Positions 1 to 8,294 of a DNA stretch of 15,660 nucleotides are shown in pieces. The translations under genes were made by a program, and so were the position numbers. This DNA is from an uncultured archaeon (GTDB taxonomy: Archaea; Asgardarchaeota; Lokiarchaeia; Sigyniarchaeales; SOKP01), in the NCBI GenBank assembly GCA_964493715.1, contig CAZBPC010000079.1:1-15660 (forward strand), in the 5' to 3' direction. The notes under the pieces are model-generated. The model searched no databases and was not told the DNA's origin. It worked only from the letters and a program-made list of their open reading frames with translations. The first letter of the stretch is position 1. Every line of letters starts with the position of its first letter.

Positions 1-1
1 T

Positions 2-1261
2 GCTATTGACATCACGGAGCGCAAGCAAGCAGAACGGGAATTAAAAAAATCTGAAGAAAAATATAGAAACATTCTTGAAACTATTAAAGAAGGGTATTTC
101 GAGGTCGATTTAGACGGAAACTTTACTTTTTTTAATGATGCGTTTTGTGAAATTTTTGGGTATTCTCGGCAAGAACTATTAAAGATGAATTATGGTGAAT
201 TAAGCGATGAAGATATAAAGCAATATCTATTTGAAGAATATAATAAAATGTTCAAAACTAAAAAGGAATTTGAGTTTTTTGAATATCCAATGAAAATGAA
301 GGATGGAGGATACGTGCATATCGAATCTTCTGCTTACTTAAGGTATGATGATAAAGATCGTATTATAGGATTTAAAGGAATTTCTAGAGATGTATCAGAG
401 AGAAAGAAAGGAGAAGCATTAAGACGGAATTTTAGCAAGAAGCTTGAAGAAGAAGTCGATTTAAGGACAAATCAACTTACTGAGGCACTTGAAAAACAGA
501 AACTGTATCTTGATCAAATTATTGAAAGTTCCCATTTTAAGACGGAATTTTTAGCTACCATGTCCCATGAATTACGAACACCTTTAAATAGCATCATAGG
601 ATTTACTGACTTACTTCTAGAAGGTACACACGGAAGTCTAAATAACGCTCAATTAGAATTTCTTAAGGATATTAAAAGTTCAGCAGAGCATCAATTTGAT
701 ATGATCTCTCAGATACTGGATATTTCTAAAATCGAGTCAGGTCAAAGCTCCTTGAAAATCGAAGATATTTTACTATATAATTTCATAAATAATATAATAT
801 CAACCTTAAGACCTTTAATTAACGAAAAAAAGTTAACATTAGAAATGAGGGGTATAAAAAAGAAACTAGTAGTTAGAGCAGATCCCATCAAATTTAAAAG
901 TATATTAGAAAACATTTTGGGTAATGCAATTAAATTTACTGAAAAAGGATATATTATCATTGAATTTTTATATTACAAAGAGGGGTGGGAATTGCTGATA
1001 AAAGATTCTGGTATTGGTATAGCAGAAGAGAATTTTGGGCTAATTTTTAAAGATTTTCAAAGGATTGAATCAACCTTTATAGATTCGACACCAGGTTCTG
1101 GTTTAGGTTTAACTCTAACTAAGAGAATTGTAGAGCTTCATGGTGGGAGGATTTCATTTAACAGTAAATTAGGAGAAGGTACAACATTCAGGATTAGGAT
1201 ACCTAAGGATCCTATAAATAAAGAAGTGTTTGAAGTAGAAAACTTTTTAAAATCATTATAA
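2..1261 (+). CDS. Soluble multi-PAS sensor histidine kinase (PAS-PAC/HisKA/HATPase_c), 5'-truncated by the window edge
   Basis: The frame is open from base 2 (AIDITERKQAERELKKSEEKYRNILETIKEGYFEVDLDGNFTFFNDAFCEIFGYSRQELLK-MNYG), i.e. the end of one PAC (DITERK) and the start of another PAS, so ATG 185 is internal. H-box FLATMSHELRTPLNSIIGF, N-box NILGNAIKFT, G1 DSGIGI, F-box IFKDF, G2 GSGLGL. Stop TAA at 1259-1261. No transmembrane segment in the visible part. Confidence 0.95.
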   Translation, partial: AIDITERKQAERELKKSEEKYRNILETIKEGYFEVDLDGNFTFFNDAFCEIFGYSRQELLKMNYGELSDEDIKQYLFEEYNKMFKTKKEFEFFEYPMKMKDGGYVHIESSAYLRYDDKDRIIGFKGISRDVSERKKGEALRRNFSKKLEEEVDLRTNQLTEALEKQKLYLDQIIESSHFKTEFLATMSHELRTPLNSIIGFTDLLLEGTHGSLNNAQLEFLKDIKSSAEHQFDMISQILDISKIESGQSSLKIEDILLYNFINNIISTLRPLINEKKLTLEMRGIKKKLVVRADPIKFKSILENILGNAIKFTEKGYIIIEFLYYKEGWELLIKDSGIGIAEENFGLIFKDFQRIESTFIDSTPGSGLGLTLTKRIVELHGGRISFNSKLGEGTTFRIRIPKDPINKEVFEVENFLKSL

Positions 1262-1278
1262 ATTTAAACGTAATTAAA

Positions 1279-3408
1279 ATGTTGGAGAATAAAGAAGAGA
1301 TTTTATTAGATAATAAGGAAAACGTAAAGGAAACAACTGAATTATATGAGTTTTGGCTGAATCTTGAAACTGTAATATCTACCATATCATCAAGATTTCT
1401 TGGAAACTTTAATATTCATGAGGTTATTAATGCAACGTTACGGGATATCGGTATTTTAAGTGCCGTGAGCCGTAGTTATATTTTTTCAATTAGTAATGAT
1501 GCCAAATATATCAGTAATACTTATGAGTGGAATGAAGAAAATGTAAGTCCAAGAGTCCATAAACTCCAAAATGTGGAATTAAGCAGATTCCCATGGTTAA
1601 TCGATCAACTTTTGAATGGAAAAATTATCCATATATCAAATATTAAAAATCTTCCCAAGAATGCTATTGCAACAAGGGAATTTTTTGAATTACAAAATAT
1701 CAAATCAGTGTTAATATTTCCTATTTATGTAAAATCTAATTTATTTGGTTTTTTAGGTTTTGACTCTGTAAACGTTGCGAGAGAATGGAGAGAGACAGAT
1801 TTCTCACTACTTCGTATCACATCACAAATTATTGGGAACGCGTTTGAACGAGAAAAATTTGAAGAATTAATAAAGGAATCAGAAGCAAGCTACAGATTAA
1901 TTTTAGAAAATATCAATGATCTAGTTGTTATTATAAACTCAAATTATAAATTCGAGTATCTAAATGAGGAAACTTTAGTCAAGCTATTAGGTTACCGGAA
2001 TGAAGAAGTTTTAGGTTATTCTTGTTTAGATTTCATACATAATGATGAAATTGAACAGTTTACTCAAGCATTTAAAAATAACTACAATGTAAAAGATAAT
2101 GTTTCAGAATTAAGATTTCAGCATAAAAATGGAGAATGGTTATGGTTTGAATGCAGAGGGCAGTCTTTTGTTGATAGAGATAATAACCAAAAATGGTTAC
2201 TTGTTTTAAGAGATATAACTGAGAGAAAGTTGATTGAGGAAAGATATAAGACTCTATTCGAAAATTCTCCTAATGCCATAATATTAATTAATTTTAAGGG
2301 AGAAATACTGGAATGTAATTCAACTACAAGTAAAATATTTGGATATGGTATTGAATTTTTAAAAGGAAAAACTATTGATGATCTTAATAATCTATTCCCA
2401 ATAGAGATAAAGGCTTACTTCAAAAAAATATTTCAGGCATCATTTAACAACAAATTTCCAAAACCAATTGACATTCAAATTAATAATCAACAAAATAACC
2501 AAATTTGGGTCAAGATTCAAGCCTCTTTAGTTAAACAATACGGTAGTAGTATAATACAGTTAATTTTTCAAGATATTACGGAAAAAAAAAAAATTGAGCT
2601 TTTCGAAGCCAAATTTAAGGAAGAAATTGAAGAAGAGGTTGAATTAAGAACTAAAGAATTAAACAATGCACTTGAACAACAAAAACTATACTTAGATCAG
2701 ATTGTCAAATCCTCTCAATTTAAAACAGAATTTATGGCAACGATGTCACATGAATTACGTACTCCGTTAAATGCTATCATAGGGTTTGCTGATTTACTTT
2801 TAGAAGATGTGGATGGTGATTTAAGCGATGAGCAAAAGGAATTTGTCGTAGATATAAAAAGTTCAGCTGAACACCAATTTGAGATGATCAAACACATACT
2901 TAATATTACCAAAATAGAATCCGGGCAATTAACATTAAATATTCAGAAATTTTCACTAAATTCATTATTAGATCAAATTAAATCAAGTTTAAGACCACTA
3001 TATAACCCAAAGAATTTGAATTTGAAAATAAAGGGGATTGGGGAAGAACTTGAGATTTGGGCAGATCCAATTCGATTAAAAGAAATTATATTAAATCTTC
3101 TGAGCAATGCGATAAAGTTTACCATTGACGGAACCGTTAGATTAAAGATTACGCAAAATTATTATAATTGGATTTTTAAAATAGTAGATACGGGGATCGG
3201 GATAGCTAAAAAAGATTTTCCCCTTGTATTTAAAGAATTTGCCAGAGTTGACTCCCCGTTTGTCCGATCTGTACCAGGTACAGGTTTAGGTTTGTCTTTA
3301 ACGAAAAGACTGATTGAATTGCATGGTGGAGAAATCAATTTTACTAGCTTATTAGGTGTCGGAAGTATCTTCACATTTAATATCCCTAAAAAATTAGAAA
3401 GAATTTAG
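1279..3408 (+). CDS. Soluble GAF-PAS-PAS sensor histidine kinase
   Basis: N-terminal GAF (SRSYIF..NTYEW..FPW..IKSVLIFPI..GFLGFDSV..REW). Two PAS/PAC units ending in RDITERK and QDITEKK. H-box FMATMSHELRTPLNAIIGF, N-box NLLSNAIKFT, DTGIGI, VFKEF, GTGLGL. No hydrophobic helix. Starts 17 bp after the preceding kinase. Confidence 0.95.
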   Translation: MLENKEEILLDNKENVKETTELYEFWLNLETVISTISSRFLGNFNIHEVINATLRDIGILSAVSRSYIFSISNDAKYISNTYEWNEENVSPRVHKLQNVELSRFPWLIDQLLNGKIIHISNIKNLPKNAIATREFFELQNIKSVLIFPIYVKSNLFGFLGFDSVNVAREWRETDFSLLRITSQIIGNAFEREKFEELIKESEASYRLILENINDLVVIINSNYKFEYLNEETLVKLLGYRNEEVLGYSCLDFIHNDEIEQFTQAFKNNYNVKDNVSELRFQHKNGEWLWFECRGQSFVDRDNNQKWLLVLRDITERKLIEERYKTLFENSPNAIILINFKGEILECNSTTSKIFGYGIEFLKGKTIDDLNNLFPIEIKAYFKKIFQASFNNKFPKPIDIQINNQQNNQIWVKIQASLVKQYGSSIIQLIFQDITEKKKIELFEAKFKEEIEEEVELRTKELNNALEQQKLYLDQIVKSSQFKTEFMATMSHELRTPLNAIIGFADLLLEDVDGDLSDEQKEFVVDIKSSAEHQFEMIKHILNITKIESGQLTLNIQKFSLNSLLDQIKSSLRPLYNPKNLNLKIKGIGEELEIWADPIRLKEIILNLLSNAIKFTIDGTVRLKITQNYYNWIFKIVDTGIGIAKKDFPLVFKEFARVDSPFVRSVPGTGLGLSLTKRLIELHGGEINFTSLLGVGSIFTFNIPKKLERI

Positions 3409-3426
3409 TGCCCTTACTCATGGGAA

Positions 3427-4941
3427 TTACAAGAATTTTGCGCTTAAATTTTGTGTAATTTGAGCAATTTTTTTTAACTCCTCAAAATCATTCTCTAATA
3501 TAGCCTTCATCAAATTGATTTTCAATTTCTTGATTCGCTCTAGTGTTACAGAATAATTATTGTTAATTCTATTGAATAAATCATCAAGATCATTATATAA
3601 TTGTTGAGCATTTTCTAAATCATAAATTTCTAATTTGATAATCATATCATTATAGGTTTCATTCAAATCTTTAAGCCAAATCTGCCCTAGTTTCATTAAA
3701 GGAAAAAGTCCATCGATTTGACCAGTTGTTAGGCTATGTTCAAATTCCTCTTTATTTTCTTCAAATAAATTTTTAAAAAAATTATCAATTTTATTAATAA
3801 CGGGGTCTATATTTACATTAGGGTTCATAAAAAATGTTATGGTAAAATTTTCATAAGTTAAGATATGCATTCCTAAATTACTTCCCTTTAAACCAAATCC
3901 TGATAAATCTTGAATATTCAATTCTACTGAAAATTTCTCTAATGCACTAATAAACATTGGAATCAAATCTAAATCTACTGGAATAAAGTTAGGATCTTTT
4001 GAGACTTCAGAAACAAGAAATTTTTCAAGGGCATTATCGAATAATTCAATTTTTAATAAAGTACGACCATCTTTGTCAGCTATAAATGCGCCTATGAAAG
4101 GGGGGATTATTTCGTCAAGATTTAATTGTATTATGTTTATACTAGCGTTAGAAAATGATTTTAAAATATCTTTAAAATAATCTTGACCCTTTTCTGTTAG
4201 ACTAATTAATTCTTGATTTTTAGAATTTTCTATCTTAAGATGACCCTTTAAAACAAGACTCTTGATCAAATAATTGACTAACTTTGGAGGGCGATTTAAT
4301 TTTTCAAATAATTTCTCTCTTGTTATGATAATTTGTTCATCAATAGATTGTATCAATTTCACGGATTCATCTATAACATTAAACATTAAAGCTTCTTCAG
4401 ATGTTTCATCAATAAAACAAGATTTCATAATTTCAATGAAGTAAGACAAAGTCCGTGTTAGATATTTCTTTTTCAAACTGGTAAATAAGAATTTTATTAA
4501 TTTCTCAGAAGGAAATTTATATTTTATTCCATCATTGAGATCATTTATTCGCTTCTGAGTAATTAAATCGATTTTATGAAGTAAAACATAAATTTTTGCT
4601 TCGGGGGTTAATTTGTTACGTATTTCGATTATTCGAATGACAAAATTTATAATATCTTCTAAACTAGCTGAAACGTCGATAACTACAATGATCACCTTTG
4701 TTTCATAAAAAATCGAATTCGCTTCAGGTGTTAGCCATCTTTCGTTTTCTTGCCCTGCTAAATCAAAGATTCCAATCTCTTCTTTTAGTCCAGGTAATCT
4801 CATAATGAGAGACTCTTCACCATAGGTCGGTTCTAAAGCATATTCTAACAATTTAGTTGAATTCTCACCTTCAAAAAAAAGCTTCCTTAAAGTAGTTTTA
4901 CCTGCACCTGAAGGTCCTACAAAAATTATTTTTTTACTCAA
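3427..4941 (-). CDS. Rag/Gtr-like small GTPase fused to a winged helix, a longin/roadblock-like domain and a helical tail
   Basis: G1 GPSGAGKTT, switch I LEPTYG, G3 DLAGQE, G4 LHKID (His as in Rag GTPases), G5 FTSL. Residues ~190-262 look like a wHTH (LVNYLIKSLVLKGHL..ISLTEKG). Residues ~282-430 look longin/roadblock-like (GAFIADKDGRTLL..DLIPMFISALEKFSVEL). The TTG start overlaps the upstream gene's TGA (TTGA at 4938-4941). GTPase call is strong; accessory domains are less certain. Confidence 0.85.
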   Translation of the reverse strand: MSKKIIFVGPSGAGKTTLRKLFFEGENSTKLLEYALEPTYGEESLIMRLPGLKEEIGIFDLAGQENERWLTPEANSIFYETKVIIVVIDVSASLEDIINFVIRIIEIRNKLTPEAKIYVLLHKIDLITQKRINDLNDGIKYKFPSEKLIKFLFTSLKKKYLTRTLSYFIEIMKSCFIDETSEEALMFNVIDESVKLIQSIDEQIIITREKLFEKLNRPPKLVNYLIKSLVLKGHLKIENSKNQELISLTEKGQDYFKDILKSFSNASINIIQLNLDEIIPPFIGAFIADKDGRTLLKIELFDNALEKFLVSEVSKDPNFIPVDLDLIPMFISALEKFSVELNIQDLSGFGLKGSNLGMHILTYENFTITFFMNPNVNIDPVINKIDNFFKNLFEENKEEFEHSLTTGQIDGLFPLMKLGQIWLKDLNETYNDMIIKLEIYDLENAQQLYNDLDDLFNRINNNYSVTLERIKKLKINLMKAILENDFEELKKIAQITQNLSAKFL

Positions 4942-6257
4942 TTTGAACTCTTTTCCTTTATGTTAAAATAGAATAAATTCTTTATTTTTAATCTAATTTG
5001 CCCTATCATCCAAATTAATTTGTTTGCACTAAGAGTTTCAGATATACAAATTAAATTCTTAATTTCAAATTGACTTAAATTAAGATTGTTCAAAATAATG
5101 TTTAAATCATTTTGTCCTGAAATTATAAGATGTTCAATTTTACTATTACTCGACATATCTTCAAATGATTGAGTAATTTGAGCTATTAATTTATGAGCAT
5201 GGTTAACATTACTGAAATTAAAATCTTTGGAAGTAGATTGCGATATTATACTATTATTTTGATTTGTAATGAAAAACATTGATTTAGCAGATTCATTAGT
5301 AAAATCATCCAATATCTTTTTTAGTTGAAAGGTCTCGTTTGAATAGCTAGCTAAAATTTCATAAAAAGCATTATAAGTACTAAAAATAAATTCAGGATGA
5401 ATGCTCGTATAGAAAATTGAAAACGAAAATTTATCTTTTAAGGCATTGGTGATCTCACTAAGTATATTTTTACGATTTTCATTGTTGATCAAATCAATTT
5501 TATGAATGAAAATTATAATTCTCGCTGAATATGAATCGCCATCAATTATTTTTTGAATTTTTTGAATTTCAGAAACAATTTCGCTAGGATTTCTAATCCA
5601 TGTTGTATAATCAAAGATATATATTATTACATCAGTGTTATAAAATGCTAGATCATATTCGTCTTTGTTATTTAATAGGGCTTCTAATTCCTGACCGGAA
5701 GAGTCAAATAATCCGATTTTTAAATCTAACCATGAATAAACAGATGGACTTAATCCCCGAGTGGGATCTAATGGATTAACCAATAATTTTTTAGGATCAA
5801 AACCTTCAAAAATTATTTTTTTAACGGTTGTTTTTCCTGTACCTGCTCTACCAAGTAACAGAATTTTTTGAGCTGAAGTGGATTTAAAGAAACTTTCAAT
5901 ATTATTTTGAAAATACTTATTCCGCTCTGATTTTTCAATGTTGAAAATATCTTGTCCAAAATTAATCAAATTTTTTTTAAAACTGTATGAATTAATTGCT
6001 TCTTTTTCCTCTAAAAAAAGACTCACAATTTCATATCCAACTTTAGGCACTCTTGTTTTATCGCAATAAGATAAGATAGTTAGGTTACTGTAACTAGTTT
6101 CAATTAATTCTTGTTTACTAAAATCTTCGCTGTAAGCAAATGTCATATAAATTTTATTAATCAGATCCTCTTGGATTTCAAAACCGTGAGGATATTTGAT
6201 ATCCAAAACTGAACCCATTTTATTATCCCAACTAAAGAGTACGATACCAACGACCAA
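4938..6257 (-). CDS. Rag/Gtr-like small GTPase with an N-terminal uDENN/longin-like domain and a C-terminal roadblock-like domain
   Basis: KILLLGRAGTGKTTVKKIIF (G1), LDPTRG (switch I), DSSGQE (G3), IIYIFD, FIHKIDL (G4), YTSI (G5), closely following the RagA/Gtr1 pattern. N-terminal ~125 aa begin GIVLFSWDNKMGSVLDIKYP. C-terminal ~120 aa (LKKILDDF..MFFITNQNNSIISQS) have a helix-strand-strand-helix roadblock pattern. TTG start, with an in-frame stop 7 codons upstream. Confidence 0.85.
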   Translation of the reverse strand: MVVGIVLFSWDNKMGSVLDIKYPHGFEIQEDLINKIYMTFAYSEDFSKQELIETSYSNLTILSYCDKTRVPKVGYEIVSLFLEEKEAINSYSFKKNLINFGQDIFNIEKSERNKYFQNNIESFFKSTSAQKILLLGRAGTGKTTVKKIIFEGFDPKKLLVNPLDPTRGLSPSVYSWLDLKIGLFDSSGQELEALLNNKDEYDLAFYNTDVIIYIFDYTTWIRNPSEIVSEIQKIQKIIDGDSYSARIIIFIHKIDLINNENRKNILSEITNALKDKFSFSIFYTSIHPEFIFSTYNAFYEILASYSNETFQLKKILDDFTNESAKSMFFITNQNNSIISQSTSKDFNFSNVNHAHKLIAQITQSFEDMSSNSKIEHLIISGQNDLNIILNNLNLSQFEIKNLICISETLSANKLIWMIGQIRLKIKNLFYFNIKEKSSN

Positions 6258-6426
6258 GATCAGAACACTAATTACTTAAGATTTTGTACTTTTCGCGAAG
6301 AATTAAATTTAAATAATAAATAAAAAATGTTATATATAAACATATCTAAATACTAATAGAGATTTAACACGATTATAATAATAGAGAACAGATAAAGAGA
6401 ATTTATAACAATTTATAGTGAATAAA
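6258..6426. promoter_or_regulatory. Divergent promoter region between the GTPase operon (-) and the response regulator (+)
   Basis: Very AT-rich ~170-bp spacer between head-to-head genes. TATA-like boxes: TTTAAA 6308-6313, TTATATATAAA 6330-6340, and TTTATAA 6402-6408 preceded by a purine-rich BRE-like run. Exact boxes cannot be assigned. Confidence 0.5.
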
Positions 6427-6801
6427 ATGAAAAAAGTTTTCGTTGTCGAGGATAATGAGAAGAATATGAAATTATTCCGCGCGATTTTGAAAATCATACC
6501 GGATATTGAAGTTTTTGAAGAAACTCGAGGAGATTTAGGATTTGAGCTAATAAAATCCGGGGATCCTGATATAGTAATTTTGGACATTCAATTACCAGAA
6601 ATGAATGGAATCGAAATATGCAGTGAATTAAGAAAGTTAGATAAATTTAAGGATACTCCAATAATTGCAGTAACTTCCTTCGCCATGAAGGGAGATAAAG
6701 AACGCATTATGGATGCTGGTTTTACCCAATACGTTTCAAAACCTATTAAAGTTCAAGAATTTAGAGAAGTTGTAAAAAATTATCTAAATCTTGAAAATTA
6801 A
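6427..6801 (+). CDS. Single-domain response regulator (CheY-like receiver, DivK-like subtype)
   Basis: VVEDN acidic pocket, phospho-Asp in ILDIQLPEMNG, AVTSFAMKGDKERI and YVSKPI; no output domain. ATG 6427 is preferred over the in-frame GTG 6418 because the receiver fold begins MKKVFVVED. Confidence 0.95.
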   Translation: MKKVFVVEDNEKNMKLFRAILKIIPDIEVFEETRGDLGFELIKSGDPDIVILDIQLPEMNGIEICSELRKLDKFKDTPIIAVTSFAMKGDKERIMDAGFTQYVSKPIKVQEFREVVKNYLNLEN

Positions 6802-6822
6802 TATTCTTTTTATCTATTAAAT

Positions 6823-6835
6823 AAAAAGTTTATAA
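6823..6835 (+). promoter_or_regulatory. Candidate archaeal BRE-TATA promoter for the 6904 gene
   Basis: A purine run (AAAAAG) directly followed by TTTATAA, about 70 bp upstream of TTG 6904 and just after a T-run (6807-6811) following the response regulator stop. The AT-rich background limits specificity. Confidence 0.4.
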
Positions 6836-6903
6836 TAATATAGCTATTAATACACTTAATTCTAAGAGTTCTCTATTTGATTTAAAAAAAATATCTGATC
6901 AAT

Positions 6904-8109
6904 TTGAAAGGTATTATAATTATTGGTTATAATGAAGAATCTAAAGCTTTTATTGATAAACAATTTCCAAGTAATATTGCTGAATTTCTAAAAATTTCAC
7001 CACAAATTCTCAAGGAACTATCAGATCACCACTTTAGAAAGAAAATGGAACCAAATTATCTAGAAGTAGTGTTAGAGGGTGATATAAATGTTGCGAGCTT
7101 TTACTCCGGATTTTCTTTTAGGCATTACGTGGGAACCCCAAATTTTACCGTTGTTGTTTTTCTTTCAGAAGATGATTTTCTTTCTATAGATTTTGAAGGA
7201 ATGATGCGCTGTATATCTCACGAATTACTTCCAAAACGAGAAGCTCTTAATTTCGATGACATTCTGGGAAAATATTATACGATGTTAAAAAATGAAGAAT
7301 TAACTCCTTATTGGGAGGAAATTATTGAAGGTGAAACGAGTTTGATTGAAAGAGAATTAAAAAAGAATGAGGATGCACCTAGGACGAAACAGGAAGATGG
7401 TCAAATAGAAACTTTTGTTAAAGACAAATTAGAAAAAGATATAGTCAATTCTGATTTAGCCTTAAAAAATTCTGAGCTTGAAAATTTATTAACAGAGAAG
7501 AAAGGAAAAATCAGGGAATTATCTATAAAATTCACGGATTTAGCTTCTCAAAACGCTCTAAAAGAAGAAGAAATCGATACTTTAAAAAATGAAATTAGCG
7601 AACAATACATTACATTAGAAAAATGGGGTCAACAATTAGCTGAATTAAACGAAAATAATTCAACATTGTTGATTGAAGTAAACAAACTTACAGAAAAGCT
7701 CAATGAAAAAGAAATGAAGTTAACTGAAAATGAATCAATTCTCTCTCAATTAAAAAATGAATCACTCGAAATAAAAAATATTGAAAAAGAAGCAGAAAAT
7801 ATTTTACAAGAAATGGAGGATCTAAAGAATATCAATCTCGGATTACACTCCGAAATTAAATCGTTAGAAACGCAAAATGCAATGCTCAAAGAAGAGATTG
7901 AAAAGTCAAAAATGTCAAGAAATTTAAATATCGATTCAATGACTACCCTTAAATTTAAAATCAAGAATTTTAAAGAACAGCTTTCCACTAAAGCTTTACG
8001 TGAAGAAGAAATTAATGAACAAATCTTTGATTTAAAAAAAGAAATAAAAGTCTTAAGACGCGAAAGGGACCATTATTTACAAATCGTGAAAGATAATAAT
8101 CTCATTTGA
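6904..8109 (+). CDS. uDENN/longin-like N-terminal domain plus long coiled-coil protein
   Basis: Residues 1-~135 have an alpha/beta pattern (MKGIIIIGYNEESKAFIDKQFP..INVASFYSG..FTVVVFL) resembling the N-termini of the 6257(-) and 15027(+) proteins. Residues ~170-401 are E/K/L/N-rich heptads with no Pro and no Walker motifs. TTG start. Confidence 0.7.
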   Translation: MKGIIIIGYNEESKAFIDKQFPSNIAEFLKISPQILKELSDHHFRKKMEPNYLEVVLEGDINVASFYSGFSFRHYVGTPNFTVVVFLSEDDFLSIDFEGMMRCISHELLPKREALNFDDILGKYYTMLKNEELTPYWEEIIEGETSLIERELKKNEDAPRTKQEDGQIETFVKDKLEKDIVNSDLALKNSELENLLTEKKGKIRELSIKFTDLASQNALKEEEIDTLKNEISEQYITLEKWGQQLAELNENNSTLLIEVNKLTEKLNEKEMKLTENESILSQLKNESLEIKNIEKEAENILQEMEDLKNINLGLHSEIKSLETQNAMLKEEIEKSKMSRNLNIDSMTTLKFKIKNFKEQLSTKALREEEINEQIFDLKKEIKVLRRERDHYLQIVKDNNLI

Positions 8110-8282
8110 TTTTAATTTCTATATATCTTGTTATGAATAAGCTAATTGATAAATTTCCCTTTTATCTCGTGCTAATATTGATGATCCTTAACAAAAAACA
8201 TATACTTTTAAACATATATTTTTTTATTTATGATAATAGTTTTAAACATGAAATACTAATATAATATATAAAATTCAAATTT

Positions 8283-8287
8283 AGGTG
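8283..8287 (+). promoter_or_regulatory. Shine-Dalgarno (AGGTG) of the roadblock gene
   Basis: AGGTG lies 7 nt before ATG 8295 and matches the archaeal GGAGGTGA consensus. Confidence 0.6.
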
Positions 8288-8294
8288 TATTAGA

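Noticed and set aside
185-187. ATG 185 as the start of the first kinase
   Set aside because: The frame is open and PAS-like from base 2, so the gene begins upstream of the window.
742-3374. Minus-strand ORFs 742-960, 2715-2912 and 3162-3374
   Set aside because: Short antisense shadows of clear histidine kinase genes, with no motifs.
3409-3426. CCC..GGG mini-hairpin between the convergent kinase and GTPase stops as a bidirectional terminator
   Set aside because: The stem is only about 3 bp with no convincing T tract.
3427-6257. Calling the GTPases MglA, Roc-COR, FeoB or true RagA/RagC orthologs
   Set aside because: They lack the MglA TVPGQ G3 motif, LRR/COR context and TM domains. The motifs are Rag-like, but orthology needs a phylogeny, so no gene symbol is given.
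6292-6312. Short palindromes TTCGCGAA and TTAAATTTAA in the divergent spacer as operators
   Set aside because: Too short or too AT-rich to distinguish from chance without comparative data.
6904-8109. SMC/Rad50 or chemoreceptor call for the coiled-coil protein
   Set aside because: No Walker A/B, hinge, zinc-hook or MCP signalling hairpin motifs.
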